This document shows, piece after piece, positions 38,224-51,490 of a stretch of DNA of 64,000 bases (the stretch's first letter is position 1; every line of letters starts with the position of its first letter). Origin of the DNA: Halocafeteria seosinensis (Eukaryota); NCBI GenBank assembly GCA_001687465.1, contig LVLI01000336.1, forward strand, positions 1 to 64,000, read 5' to 3'. The position numbers and the translations under genes are program-made. The notes under the pieces are model-generated. The model saw only the letters and a list, made by a program, of their open reading frames with translations. It searched no databases and was not told the origin of the DNA.

Positions 38224-40080
38224 CTACTCATGTTTCGCCGAGGAGTGGCTGCGCACCGTTGGCTTGCGAGTGGCGAAGCCGAACCAATATGTCACGGCGG
38301 TGATGAAGCAGACACCAAATGCGACCCAGGGATAGACCACTTCTCTGGGAATCGGAACATTCCACCATTCTTCATATCCAAATTTGAACACAATAAGGCT
38401 TTCTAAAGTTAAGTTTGCTAAGAATAACCACGCGGACGCACCGAGTCTGCGAGGTGGTCTAGCCAACCGTTACTGCATGCCAATTCAAAGGAGCAGTTGG
38501 TGAAGACGTACCTTTTGCAGAGTGGGTCAGTGACGTAGTGATACCAATCACGAAGAGCTGTAAAGCCCATGAGCCAAAACAATACCATGCGGTAAATGTT
38601 CAGTTTGCTAGTTGTAGGCACCCATAGCAATGCTTTCAGAAAGAACGCGTTCAACTCAGTCGCTAAGAATAGCACAACCAAGAATGTAACAGCACAAAAT
38701 CGTTTAAAGTCGCTTAGGACCTGCGGATGGGCCAACGGAAGATTCTACGTTCTTGCTCGCATTCCTTCTACACAAGCATTCTCTTACCTTCCATTCGTAT
38801 TGGGTCCAGGATGCCGGAGTGAATTGTAGAAGTCCCCTAGATAGTTTGCCAGAAATAGAGGGAATTTCATGAATGCCATTCCACTGGAGGAGTTAGTGAT
38901 AAAGAGAGAGCTGTACTCGGCGACAACTTCCATATCTGCTTCCTGGGAACTTACATTGTATTCTCTAGAATTCAGCCAATGTAGTGTCCAGTGGGCGGCA
39001 ATAATCCCGATGGCATTACAGCCGAAAAAATCCAGCAACCACTGGAGGAGAAAGATGCTCTTCCGGTAACGATACCAGACCATGGATCCGTAAACGTGTG
39101 ATCAACTTACGTGATCCCACCAGCACTCGTTAAAGTTCGGCAGATAGTGGGTAAAGGAATATTCCATAATTTCGAAAAGAAAGCTAAGCAACCACGCAAG
39201 CCACGGATCTCGTATAACACATGCTTTGCCCCACCATCCAAGAATGTGAGCAGCCACGAACTCGTCGATTGCACCCTGAAGAAACAAAGCGGAATTTTCA
39301 ACATTCAGTATTTTACAAAAATATCGATGATTGCAGTGACCATAAACAATGACGCACCGTAACATTCTCCCAAGTGAATTCACAGTTTTCGCCGTAGGAG
39401 CGGTCCGGCAGCCTTTCTCCGGTAACATCTTCGTCAATAAACGTGAGATAGTGCCTCAAGTCTTCAATATTCTGTGGAGGAGAAAACCACGATACCGGTG
39501 TCAAACAAAGTGCTGTTCAATGGCGGTAAGCATTGACCAAGTAGTTCCGACTCACCTGGAAAAGAGAGAATGCGCATAGCAGCATATAGAAAAACGAGAT
39601 GCCATTGCTCAATCTCCAAAGAGCTGGGTGGGGTCTAATTAGCAGTGTGTCCCTGAAATATTCCATAGCAAAGACTAAGCCTATACCAACCGCTACCGTT
39701 ATTCCCGTTTTCGTGTTGGAAACCGTATCACCTTGGTCCTCCCGGTAGACAAACGCATACACTATCCCAGCCAAAACCAGCAGCAACGCCGACACTGTAT
39801 GAGGCGTTGTCAGAGGTTCCGAAGCGACGTAGGACGCCGGGTACGGGTAGCTATCTTGTTCCGGATATAAAAATTTCCGATCATGCGGTAGCACTTGCAC
39901 ATCCAATTTTCGTGCTCCATTGCGTGCCTTTTCCCATGTTCGTTCCATCTGGGTCGGCATGGCTGCGCGCCTGCCCGCACTCACGCTTCTGGAATGCGGT
40001 CTGGCTGCCGACCGGGTGGTCCTACGGGTACTACGACGGTTCGCAGGAGTCCTAGCGTTGGAATCAGAGTCTGTATCCAT
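38224..40080 (-). CDS. PTDSS: Phosphatidylserine synthase (base-exchange type, PTDSS1/2 family), multi-exon
   Basis: Motifs [55 protein letters not shown] and ELNAFFLK occur across intron-separated ORFs. Confidence 0.92.
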
Positions 40081-40683
40081 CGTTAATCAAGCGTATTGAC
40101 CAAATGTCTGTTGGCAGATGGAGTTCCACGGTGTCAGCACTCTCCACAATCACGGCACAATTAAATATCCCGCCGATCGCACCACGTAAACAAGTCCACC
40201 TAGGTATAGAGCTACTGTTGGCACCTTAAATTCCACCAATTGTGATCGAAATACACGATGAAACGCTATGTATAATCGCCTGCTTGACTCAGCATTCAGA
40301 TGGTTGTGAAGCTCACAAGTACATGGCCGTACGGATTGTGCAAACACAAACGCCAGAAGTGTGCTCAGTCAGTGGTACAAGCAACAACCAATCCACACAA
40401 TATACTATCTTGTGGAGGGATCTGGGATCTGGGATCTGTATCCTGGTATACAAGGCCTGTGAGACCTTTGGCGACCTGCATAGCAACACGACAAACTTTT
40501 CTTTGCCTTATAACGGGCCGGCAGGGCTGGGCGTGGAGCGGGCGGTCGCCGCACCATGGTTGGGAAGAACCCGGCCGCTATCCATCTACTTTGGTCCTGC
40601 TTCAAAGAGGGACATTTTCTGGAGCTAGAGTATTGTAGGGTACTATCCTTGGTAGTGTATTTTCACCATTGCTTTCCAAGGGA

Positions 40684-43600
40684 ATGGCGACTGTATTTGA
40701 AACAGGGGTAAGTGGAGAGCAATTCTTGTGTATGGGCCCAGAGGGCGCGGGGAGCCCCCTCAGGAAACAACAAAAGAGCTTGTCGTTCCGTGGCGCCCTT
40801 TGTCTCCCCTAGGAGAGCGACCCCAGCGAAGAGCTCGTGGTGCATCTCGTTTTCTTGGTGATAGAAGACGCACTGCTGCAAATATAACCCTATCTATGGG
40901 ACAAGGGAGGACATATGACCAATCTGTGTCATATCTTAGTTGGTACAGATGCTTTGAATATCGCCGTACCTGCCAAAGTTGAGGTTGATTTGCGGACGGC
41001 TATCCGTTTTGGAGTGGCTTTCCCCTTGGGGCTCCCCCAAAACCCCTTTTTGTGGTTTACCCATGTTCCTAAGTCTGTCCGAATTCGGCTCTGTTGAGCC
41101 TAATGGAGACTCTAGTGGCGACCGTTGGTTAGTGTATGAAATGACTAAGACGTATATGATATTCTTCCGCAGACGTGGGTCTTAGCGCCCCATCCCGAGG
41201 AGGAGTATGTTGCTGGCAAAGTGACAGATACCTTCAGACCAGGTGAGCAAGGACATATCACCTTGGAAGATGGAAGCGTACGTACAGTCATTTCTGCTTG
41301 ATGTTTGGTCCGACTAGTGTCTTCATATTTGCCTCTTGTGCTGTGGCTTGCAGGAATACAAAATTTCATCCGCCTTGAGCAAGGATGTCTGCATGACAGA
41401 CGAGAAGTCCTTGGAACCGTACGAGAACATGATTAAGCTCAACAACTTGAATGAACCTCTTATTTTGCACAACCTGCGAAAGCGGTTCTACAAGGATCAA
41501 GTATACACCAGTATTAGTAGTATCCTTGTGGCCGTTAACCCATTCAAACTGTTGCCCCTCTACACGGCGGAGATGTTGGACCAGTACAAAGACGGAGGAT
41601 GGCGCAGCCAGCCACCGCACATTTACAGTGTCGCTGATAATGCTTATCACAGCATGCTGGCTGATAATTGTGATCAAGCGGTGGTCATTTCTGGAGAGTC
41701 CGGTGCCGGGAAAACGGAGACTATGAAGCTCGTATTACAGTTTTTAGCCGAAGTCAGTGGTCGAACGACCGGAAAGGCCAAAGAAGAGGAGTCCTTAGAA
41801 CAACAGATTTTGAAGTCGAATCCTATCATGGAAGCTTTTGGTAATGCGAAAACAACGAGAAACAATAACTCTTCCCGATTTGGAAAGTGGACGGAGATTT
41901 TATTCAACTCGACTGGATCTATTGTCGGAGGAAGCATTATCAACTATCTTCTTGAGAAGAGTAGGATCCCATTTCAAGCCAAGGATGAAAGAAATTACCA
42001 TGTGTTCTATCAAGTTCTAGCAGGGGCAGAATTGGATCCGGAATTCAGGAAGAAGCACATGTTCGGTGAACCTGAAGACTACCATTACTTAAATCAAAGC
42101 GGAGTTACAACGGTCGACACGATCAACGATGAGAAAGAATGGGAAGAACTGCTTACTGCCATGGACGTCCTGAACATGGACGAAAGTGAACGAAGTGCTA
42201 TATTTGAGTTGATAGCAGCTATTTTACATCTCGGTAACGTGGAATTCCAAGCGGATCCTAACGCGACTGAAGACGATGCATCCATGATTAAGACCAAAGA
42301 CGTATTGCAACGGGCTGCCCAGAAACTGCATGTTGAATCAGATGCCCTATCGGAGTGTATGTGCTACACGAAATTAAAAGTAGCAGGGAGCGTGACTCTC
42401 AAGCAGTATAAGGTCAAGGACTCGGCGAATGCCAGAGACGCGACGAGCAAGGCCTTGTACGGAAAGCTCTTTGACTGGCTAATTGAACGGATTAATGAAG
42501 TTCTAGGGGGCGCAGTAGTCAAACGCGAAGCGAAAAAGGAAACGATTCGAATGATTGGTGTTCTAGACATTTTCGGATTCGAAAGTTTCGAGACTAACTC
42601 CTTCGAACAACTTTGTATTAACTACTGCAACGAAAAGCTTCAATTCCACTTCAATGAACATATTTTCCGTTTAGAGCAGCAAGAATATGAGAGTGAAGGG
42701 ATTGACGTGTCTGCGATTCAGTTCTCTGACAACAAGCCTACGCTGGATCTTTTGGAGAATAAGAAAACGGGTATTTTTGCGATGATTGACGAAGAGATAA
42801 ATGTCCCTAAAGGTAGTGACCTGGGATTCCTTTCAAAAGCCATCAAACAGCACGAGAGTCATTCAAATTTCGCCAAGCCCAAACCAAAAGACCTGGATGC
42901 TGATAAGGTGTTCATCGTCTATCACTACGCCGGTAAAGTGAATTACAACGTTGTGAATTTCCTTGAAAAGAATAAAGATGCATTGCACGAGGACATTACC
43001 GATGTAGTCGCCAATTCTAGCAGCAAATTCGTTGCAGGGTTGATGACGCGAGCCGCCGTGGACCCTAGCGGCAAAGGGAAGAAGAAGCAACCCACATTGG
43101 GAACGCAGTTTAAGAAGAGCTTGAACATGCTTATGGATACATTGAATGCGTGTGCTCCCCATTTTGTGCGTTGCATGAAACCGAACCACCAGAAGAAAGG
43201 CGACTTTTTCGAGTCGCCAATGATGTTGGCGCAGCTGCGGTATGCCGGTTTGCTTGAAGTGTGCCGCATTCGTCAAATTGGTTATCCGGTGAGGAAGAGT
43301 TTTGGTGATTTCCTCTTCCGATACCGCTGTTTAGCATCTCGGCCGGTGAAAGATCACAAGGATCTCCTGGATGATTTATCCAAACAGGGTCTAGCTCAGC
43401 ATTTAGAATGGCAAGTAGGACATAGCAAAGTGTTCATGAGACAGCAACAGCTCGCTGATTTTGAGGAAGCTAGAGAGAAGGCGTTGAAAGAAGTAGTCAC
43501 CAAAATACAGAAGATCGGGCGGCGATTCATCGTGCGATGTGAAGCTGTTCGATGGAAAGAGATCATAGCAACCCTGAAGAAAGCCATTGAACAGAGAACT

Positions 43601-46600
43601 GAGGATGCGTTAGATAACGCACTGACCGATGTTCCTGAACTTCCACTAGGTGGTGAGCACTTGAAGATCGTTAAAGAAGCCAGAGCATTACGAGAGAGAC
43701 TGGAAGAAGAAGCAAGAGTCAAGAAATTGCTGGTAGACGCTATCTCTGCCCGCGATCTCGCTGACATACAGGCTGCTGTGGCTGAAGCCCAGAGCATTGA
43801 ATACGAGCCTGAAGAACTCAAGCAAGCTCAGGATCTTATCGCAGTTATCCAAAAAGAGAACGAATGCCTCCAAGCACTTGACACTGCCATAGCATCACGG
43901 GATCGCGAAGAACTGGCAAAGCGTCTCTCTGAAGGTGAAGAACTTGGTGAGCACGTTATTAACTCCGATACTTACAGGCAGGCGACAACCCTGAAGAAAA
44001 GGTTAGACGAAGAAGCAGCTGCTGTGGATGCATTGAGAGCGGCCATTGAGAAGCGAGAGTACGACGATCTTGCTAACGCCCTGGACAAAATGGAACAGAT
44101 GGGTATGACCCATGACCTCATGAAGGAGGGACAAGAACTTAAGGAGAAACTTGAGGCTGAGGCACAGGCAAAGAAGTCTCTGAGCGAAGCGATCGAGACG
44201 AGGAAGTTAGAAGCCGTCAAATCTGCAGTGCACCATGCAACCAAACTTGGTATGTCTAAGGATCTTCCTGAGTTGAAAGAGGCGATAACATTACAGGAAC
44301 GTCTCGAGAGTGAAATTGCAATCAACGATAAGTTGTTGAAGCTGGCAGATTCAGAGAAGATTTCCGATATTGAAAATGCCCTCGCCGAGGCTAACAACAT
44401 GGAACCACCTCTCACAGAGACGGCCCCTGAAATGGAAGGTGTATCAAAAGCGCAGAAGAGAGTCGAAACTCTCAAGGCTTGGGAGGAATCCAAAAAGGAA
44501 CTTGTCGACGCTTCCAACCAAGGCAAATACGATATTCTGTCTTCTGCCTTATCAAGAGCTGGTGACTTGAACTTACCTGAGTGCAAGGAACTTAGTGATG
44601 CTCGAGAAGCGATGGATAAACTCGGTGCTGTTGCCAAGATACTGAATGGGGTTATGGACGCAGTGCGAAACGGAGATATTGCTGAAATAGAGAATGCAAT
44701 CGCTGAGGCTGAAAATAAAGATTTAGGTAATGAACAGGCCGTGACGGATGCGAAGAAATCGCTGGAGAAGTTTAAGGAGGCCGATAAGATAAGTGAAGAA
44801 TTGAATACGCTTCTTGAAGAACCAGAGAAGTCGAAGTTACAGGAAGCGTTGCAACGAGGTGACGAAGTCGGTCTGTCGCATCGCTATCCCGAACAATATG
44901 ACAAGGCGACGAATGTATTGGCTGAACTATCCGAAGTTGACCGATTGATCGAGAGCATCGATGGCGCATTCAAGAACCGTGATGATGAGACACTACAACA
45001 AATACTAGATGACGCTAAGGAAAAGAACTTGAAGAGAGTTATTGAGTACGCAGAAAAATCAATTGAGGCAATGAACAATGAAAAGGACATAAACTCCAAG
45101 ATTGAGAAAGCCTTGGAAGAGAAGGACACGGCTACTCTCAAAGAACAAGTTGAGCGCGCTGATTCATTCGGCATACAGAACAGTACGGTAAAGAAAGCGC
45201 GTATTCAGGTTGACCGTGAACAGAACATGGATTCTGTGAAGAAGGAATTGAATACTGCCGTGGAGCAAAAGGACATGGAAGCATTGAATAAATTGCTGGG
45301 GCAAGCGATCGAATTGGGAATGGAGGGCGAAGAAGTTGATTCCGCGAAGCAACTCCGCGAACGGATGGCCCGAGACAAAGAGCTCGCGCAGGATCTAAGA
45401 GCAGCGATGAAAACACTGTCTAACAAGGCCGCTGGTAAACACGGTATCGAAGACGATGATATCTCTCCTCTCGACACGGCTATGGAAGAAGCTAAGGAAA
45501 AGGGGCTAGAAGACGATAGTCCCTACATGTTCGAAGCTGTGGAGTTACGACAAAAGATGATGAATATCTTGGAAGCGCAGCAGGCCATGGAGCACGCTCT
45601 AGAGGCTGGAAAATTACGTGAGCTTAAACGCGCCTTAGACAAGGCCGAAGACTTTGGCCTTGATAACCATCTCGTGAGGAAAGTTAGGAGCCGTATACGG
45701 GAGATGGAACGAGAACGAAGCCAGAAGGCTGTGGAGGAAGACTTTGAGGAAGAGGCACCGGCACTGGATGACGACGAAATGCGGAGGCAAAGAGAAGAAA
45801 AAATGGAGAAAGCGAAACAGAACAAATACCACTTTACGAAGTTTCCGAAAATTCGGAACCCTGATGATTTTGCCAAGGGTGTTATGTTGCATAAGCGCAA
45901 GATAAAGGCAATGCAACTGCGTTGGCAGCTGCAAGTAATTCCCCGATCTCTTCTTGATTTTCCTGGTAAGGAAGAATCCAAGATAGCGACGAGAATTCAC
46001 AAGAACCTGCTAGGTTATTGCGGGGATAAAACGATGAGCTTTCCTGCCACTCTTGCCCAAGATATTTTGCAAAAGGGTCTCGAAATGCCTGAATTGGTTG
46101 ATGAGATTTATATGCAGATTTGTAAACAGCTGACACACAATCCCCGACCGGAGAGTCAGATCCGTGCATGGCAAGTAATGTGTATGGCGGTCGGCACTTT
46201 CCCGCCCTCTCGGGACTTTGAAAACTATCTTCTCAATTTTATCCTGTATTACAAAGACGGGGCTGGAGCTATTGGTAACTACGCAAGGTATTCTCTTCGG
46301 CGTTTAGAGGGAATCCTCAACTCCGGACCCTCCGGATTCGTTCCATCGGTCGAGGAAATTTCTGCTTATAAAGAACGTCCTCCCATTTTAGCTACCATTG
46401 AATTGGTTGATGGAACCCCACTAACGGAAGATTTACCGATTACTCCTGATTTGAATGTAGGAAAAGTATTGGACATATGCACTCATTTCATGGAGTTACA
46501 AGATCCTCGTATGCAGTACTTTGGTATTTTTGTCGAAGATATTGATGATGATAAGGACCATGGTTTAGATGCCCTCACTGATGAACAGGCTACGGTTAAG

Positions 46601-47380
46601 AAGTTGCCCAAGACTCCTCGCCCGTTGCAAAATGAGAACTACATGGGTGACGTCGTTACAGTGAAAGTGAGGCAAAACCAGCCTTTCAAGTTCGTTTTTA
46701 AGAGGAAGATTTTCTTGAAGAACCAAGACGAACCGTCTGAAGATCCCATGTTTTGCCGTCTGGTCTACCTGCAAGCTGTAGATGAAGTTATAAAGGGTAA
46801 TATTCCCATCGACACAGAGGAGGAAGTAGCCACCATGGTAGCTCAGTTTATGGCGATTGAACTTGGGGAGGAAATGCCGGATAATGTGGATGGCCTAATT
46901 GACGAAGAAGATGGTCAGCTAGAGGAGTTTATTCCTGAACCGTGGCGTCCTGAGAAAGATATCCGAGAATGGGCGGAAGAAGTACTTAAGAGCCGTGATG
47001 ATGCTCTCGATATCGACCCGGAGCAGCTGCAAAATGATATAGTCGAGCAAGTCAAAGATCACCCGCTTTACGGTACTTGCTTCTTCTATGTAATGAAGCA
47101 TAAGTTCCCCGAGCATATGGCGGATTTCCCAGAAAAGCTTATACTCGCATTCAATAGCGAAGGGTTGCACTTTTTGGACATGAATAAGGAAACTTTGTCC
47201 TCGTTTGGATACGCTGACGTTTACCGCTGGGGTGGGTCCTCCACGCAGTTTTCCTTGATAATTTGGAACCCTGTAACCCAAGATACGGATGAAGTGTCCT
47301 TGTTCACCTCACAAGCAGCAGATATGGCAGCCCTGATTTTAGATTACATCAACGCCATTATGTCCACTACGGAAGCCTAA
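40684..47380 (+). CDS. Unconventional myosin with MyTH4-FERM tail; 3 exons (40684-40707, 41173-41277, 41354-47380)
   Basis: P-loop GESGAGKT, NNNSSRFGKW, LDIFGFE, PHFVRCMKPN, a single IQ-like motif (IQKIGRRF), MyTH4 (DEIYMQICKQLTHNP) and a FERM-like C-terminus (HPLYGTCFF). Exon 1 MATVFETG splices in frame to TWVLAPHPEEEYVAG (SH3-like N-domain). Confidence 0.93.
43560..45710 (+). repeat. About 14 protein-level repeats of about 50 aa in the myosin neck/tail
   Basis: Recurring consensus LxxAIExRDxExLxxAxxxAxxxG...ExxxAxxLxxxL, e.g. LVDAISARDLADIQAAVAEA, LDTAIASRDREELAKRLSEG, LNTAVEQKDMEALNKLLGQA. Confidence 0.8.
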
Positions 47381-47443
47381 TTAAGGGTCCATTATGTATC
47401 GATAACTATTCCGAAATAAACGCAACATAAGTAGTGTTTCCAA

Positions 47444-48711
47444 TTATTTTAGTTTTACATAAAGCACGATAGCGACTGCAATGCAAATAGCCAGTACTAC
47501 CGCGACCAAGCATATGAGCTTCTTGCTATAACTCTTTTGATATTTATCAGCCGACTCTAAATGCTCGACCCCCTTCTCCCCTTGCGTATGTGCCACTTCG
47601 ACGTTATTATCGGCGATGTCCAGATCCTCCCCTTGTCTATGGATTAGCGTATTGATATCCTTAAATGCTTGGTTGATTGAAGTTGCCGTTTGCTGGAGAG
47701 CCGCGCACACTCGTTTCCACCATGAGGCGCACCAAATTGTTAAGTTCTCTCAAGTTCACTTACTTCGATTTGCTCAATAGCACGGTTTCTCTCTTCAACA
47801 ATCGCGTCATGCAATTCCAGCTCCCCCTCTCTGCACAACAATCATGGCCATATTGCAGACACTGGTATGTACGCCGTGTTGGGACTCTCACGTACCCAAG
47901 TTCCTGCATCTGCCCCATCATCTGCTCCTGCCCTGATTCACTCCTTCCGTGATTCGAAGAACCAGGCTGACTGGCCGATAAGCTTTTTAATTGGGTCACT
48001 ATTTCCTCCCTGATCTTCTGGTATTCACGGGTTAAGTCTTCAAAGTTGTTGGCAAGGTCTGTCAACTCCTCATGGCGTTTTCTCTGTACGTGTACGAGGT
48101 TACAGTAAGTGAACCGGAGCAATTTTCATCCTTTCGCTTTCCAACCAAATTACTTGGAGACCGGGCGATTCTACGCCGGGTGAAAACTTTCCTCTTACTG
48201 AATGCCTTACCTGTGTTTCTTTATCCGAAGCATGGGTCAGGGGTGCCAGATCCCCCTTTAGTTCATCCGAAATTCTGTGAACCAGCTGTTCTCCCGAATC
48301 CAGACTCGTATTTCTGGGATATACGAAAACGATGACATTGTATACACATGTTTAATGCATACATCAGTTGATTTCCATGATGAATGAGCGAACTTACATC
48401 CTGTTAATCTCCTTATTTTGACTTGCCGAGGAGCTGTCACTCCCCACACTTTTGTTTGACTTTCTTAAGTGTTGGATGACGTTCTTAAATTGGCCCAAAT
48501 CACGGTGAATCGTGCGCACAACGCGTGTATATTCAGAAGACGATGACCCTCCCCCAGAATCTGCCGCTCCGCTGCCATTTAGAGTTTTGCCCCGTTTGGA
48601 TGCGCCTTTAACTTCATTGTCCAACAGCGGTTCGTGCACACCTGACCCAGTAGACTCTGAACCACCTCCTGTGGATGCATTGGCCTGCATACGGTTCTTA
48701 AATTTGCCCAT
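47444..48711 (-). CDS. Syntaxin-type Qa-SNARE (syntaxin-7/SYP2-like), multi-exon
   Basis: Habc-like helices, SNARE motif INQAFKDINTLIHRQGEDLDIADNNV with a central Q, and C-terminal TM LICLVAVVLAICIAVAIVLYV. Confidence 0.85.
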
Positions 48712-49221
48712 TATGGCCTAATAATGACGATATCCCTTGACAGACCGAACAATCAAATGTGCCACTTGGACAGGGACAAAACAGATAGATTCTGCCTTCT
48801 GTGGACAAGGAAAACAACGAGACCACTTCAAAATAAAATAAATGCTGTGTTCACTTGGTTGGGACTTCCATAACAATGCACCCTATACAATCTGAGTGAT
48901 GACAGCATTTTGGACTCCTTTTCCGCATGCAAGTTGAAGTTGAAGTTGTGTCCTACGTTCGAATCGAATTGATCTTCGCCCTGCTGGGAACTCCCAGTGG
49001 GAAGTCCGCACTGCTCTGAAGAGGCATGGACCCCCATTTTGGAGGTTCGGAAGTCATATAGGAGAGAATTTGGGTTGAAAGGACGGAGTGGTTTAATACA
49101 TAGTAGAGGATCGAAAATTCTAATTTTTCGAGAGTGCTGACACCAAGCAAGACTCTTGACGTTTGGTGGTGAGTGGTGTCCTCTCTGGACTGGACTGGAC
49201 TGGACTCACCATCTCACGACG

Positions 49222-51267
49222 ATGGCTACGGAAAACCTGCTCAATGGACGTAATGCACCCTTGGAGGGGCACCGGAAGCGTCGGTCTCCGTCTACGTCGA
49301 GAGGACGTACGAAAAACCTGGATAGGGTCGCTGATCATGCAAACCTTAACGGGGAGAGAACTGTCAACACACATGCTGGCGAAAGTATTGGAGGCATTCG
49401 ACAATACATGGACCTTGACAACCTGGATATGCTCCGATCGTTGCTCTGTTTGTGGATCCTTCTCTTCCATAGTCTCTGTTTCATCGCCAGTCACATGACC
49501 GACGCTGAAGGACACCGAATCTCCATGGTACGTCATCATCGCTGTCAAATCTGGATAGCATCGCATTGTCGTATTAGTAAATGTTGAATATACTCTGGGG
49601 GTTGGATGAATTTGCAGGGTGTAGCCTATGGAGGATATGTAGCAGTGGATGGTTTCCTCGTCCTCACGGGGTTCCTCGTTAGTATGCCGTACGTTTCCCG
49701 GAACTCGCGACTTAGTATGACAGGGAAGTCGTTGCCGGAAAGAGCGAAATTCATCGTAGATCAATACTTCAAGCGATTCACGCGCATCGTTCCTCCTCTG
49801 GTTGTGGCCCTTCTGCTGCATTGTTGCGTCGTATTTCCTTCAGGGACTCAAGAAATTGAAAGGCAACGACAGCTTTCAGGGCAAGTTGTGCTCCGCCGAC
49901 TCTTGGATGTACAGACACCTTTGATGTCAGGGAAACTAGGCAATGGTTGCGAAAATTCATGGGGGGCTCTACTCTTTGTAAACAACCTGCAGGCATTCGG
50001 AGGAACGTTGATGCATTTATGGAGTCTAGCTGTGCAGTATCAATTCTACCTCCAACTCCCAATTCTTCATGCCGTGTATGATCTGTCTCGTGGAAAGCGT
50101 TTCCTTTACGTGACATTGGCTATCACGAGCTTTGGATTGATATGTCGGGCTGCTTCTTTGCTGTACTTCCACTCATTCCCCGTCAACAGTCTCGTGCAGA
50201 GCCTCATGAATTTCAACGTCTACTCGTTTACGTTCAATCGCCTTCATTCCATTTGGATAGGGGGTCTCGCTGCTTGGACGATAGATAGGTATCCTGGAGC
50301 TCTCAGACAGTTACAGAAGAAGTCCCTAACAAGCGCGGTAGTTCATTTGCTCTTAATCGTTCTGAGCTCACTCTATGTGTACTGGAGCTGTTTCATTAGT
50401 GGCATTGGAGTACCTAGGAGTGTGTCGTACAATGCGTTGCTCCATGTCGGCTCCGTCGGAAGTGCTCTCGTATGGTGCTACGTTATCTGTTGGACCAGCA
50501 GTAAACGACAGTTTATCCCTTGGGTGTCGGAAGGCATTAGTTCAAACATGGGCTTGATAGTGAAGCATGGAATTTGGAAGAAGCTTGCGAAATTGTCTTA
50601 TCTCATTTTTCTCATTCACCCTACAGTTTTCATTCGACTGTATAGTGACCCATCTTTGCTGATGCCGCCTTCTAAACAAGATATTCCAACGCCAGTTATA
50701 ATTTTGCGAGAGGGGGTTTCCACAGTGTCAACCGTCACGCGCGCAATGCAAGAAGGCAGTCGCAACAGCACCGTTGGGAGCTTTGGTACTGACGCAGAGC
50801 CGCACGTTGCGCAGCTCAAACAAGGATTCCCGGCGTCCGCGACCGCATTTTTGGACGACGACGAACATGAATGGTTACAAGATCAATCCATTGCCAACAA
50901 TATGAGATCTACATGGAAAATGATTGAGCGACTTGAGCAACCCGCCCATTACGAAGGACCGACTATACCAGGAACATCAGGAATGTCGAGCGGACAATTT
51001 TTGATGTACTCCTGGGTAGCACTACTTGTCGTCATCTTTGCCAGTGAAATCCTGGAAACATTCGTCGTGGACCCCTTGACAAATTTGCTGCTCCAGTCCA
51101 AAGGGATAAAGTCGGGCATGTGGTACGTTGTTGCTGCACATTCGGTAATATGCATCGCTGCGTCAGTTGTCTGGCACGTTGGATGGCTGTGGACTGTCTT
51201 AAATCTGCCGGGTGACTTAGAATCAGATTCTCCGGTCGGTCAATTCCTGGAACCTGCAGCTTGGTGA
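49222..51267 (+). CDS. Acyltransferase-3 family (OafA/YrhL/NRF-6-like) multi-pass membrane O-acyltransferase, 2 exons (intron 49528-49617)
   Basis: LDMLRSLLCLWILLFH, GYVAVDGFLVLTGFL, KRFTRIVP, HLWSLAVQYQFY and SYLIFLIHP match the Acyl_transf_3 motifs. Confidence 0.88.
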
Positions 51268-51334
51268 ACACAATAGGACATAAACATTGGACACAACATG
51301 ATATTTAATGATCAGTCACTTGTCAATAGAATAC

Positions 51335-51346
51335 TATAGATAAAAA
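51335..51346 (+). promoter_or_regulatory. TATA-like element at about -30 of the 5S gene
   Basis: TATAGATAAAAA lies 21-32 nt upstream of the 5S start. Confidence 0.45.
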
Positions 51347-51366
51347 TTCGAATACACTTCCCTACT

Positions 51367-51487
51367 GTCAGCGGCCATACTACGTAGAGTACACCGGACT
51401 CCCATCAGAACTCCGTTAGTTAAGCTGCGTTAGGCTTGGTCAGTACTGAGGTGGGGGACCACTCGGGAAGCCCAGGTGCTGCTGACT
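51367..51487 (+). rRNA. 5S rRNA: 5S rRNA gene (single, dispersed copy)
   Basis: GTCAGCGGCCATAC...CCCATCAGAACTCCG...AGTTAAGC...AGTACTGAGGTGGGGGACC...GGGAA...GTGCTGCTGACT. Helix I (GTCAGCGGC/GCTGCTGAC) pairs fully, and the A-box and C-box are recognisable. Confidence 0.96.
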
Positions 51488-51490
51488 TAA

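Noticed and set aside
41366..47281. Minus-strand Ser-rich ORFs within the myosin
   Set aside because: Antisense shadows of Glu/Ala/Lys-rich coding sequence.
48950..48975. GTTCGAATC, tRNA B-box/T-loop-like
   Set aside because: The flanks do not form a T-stem and no cloverleaf can be drawn.
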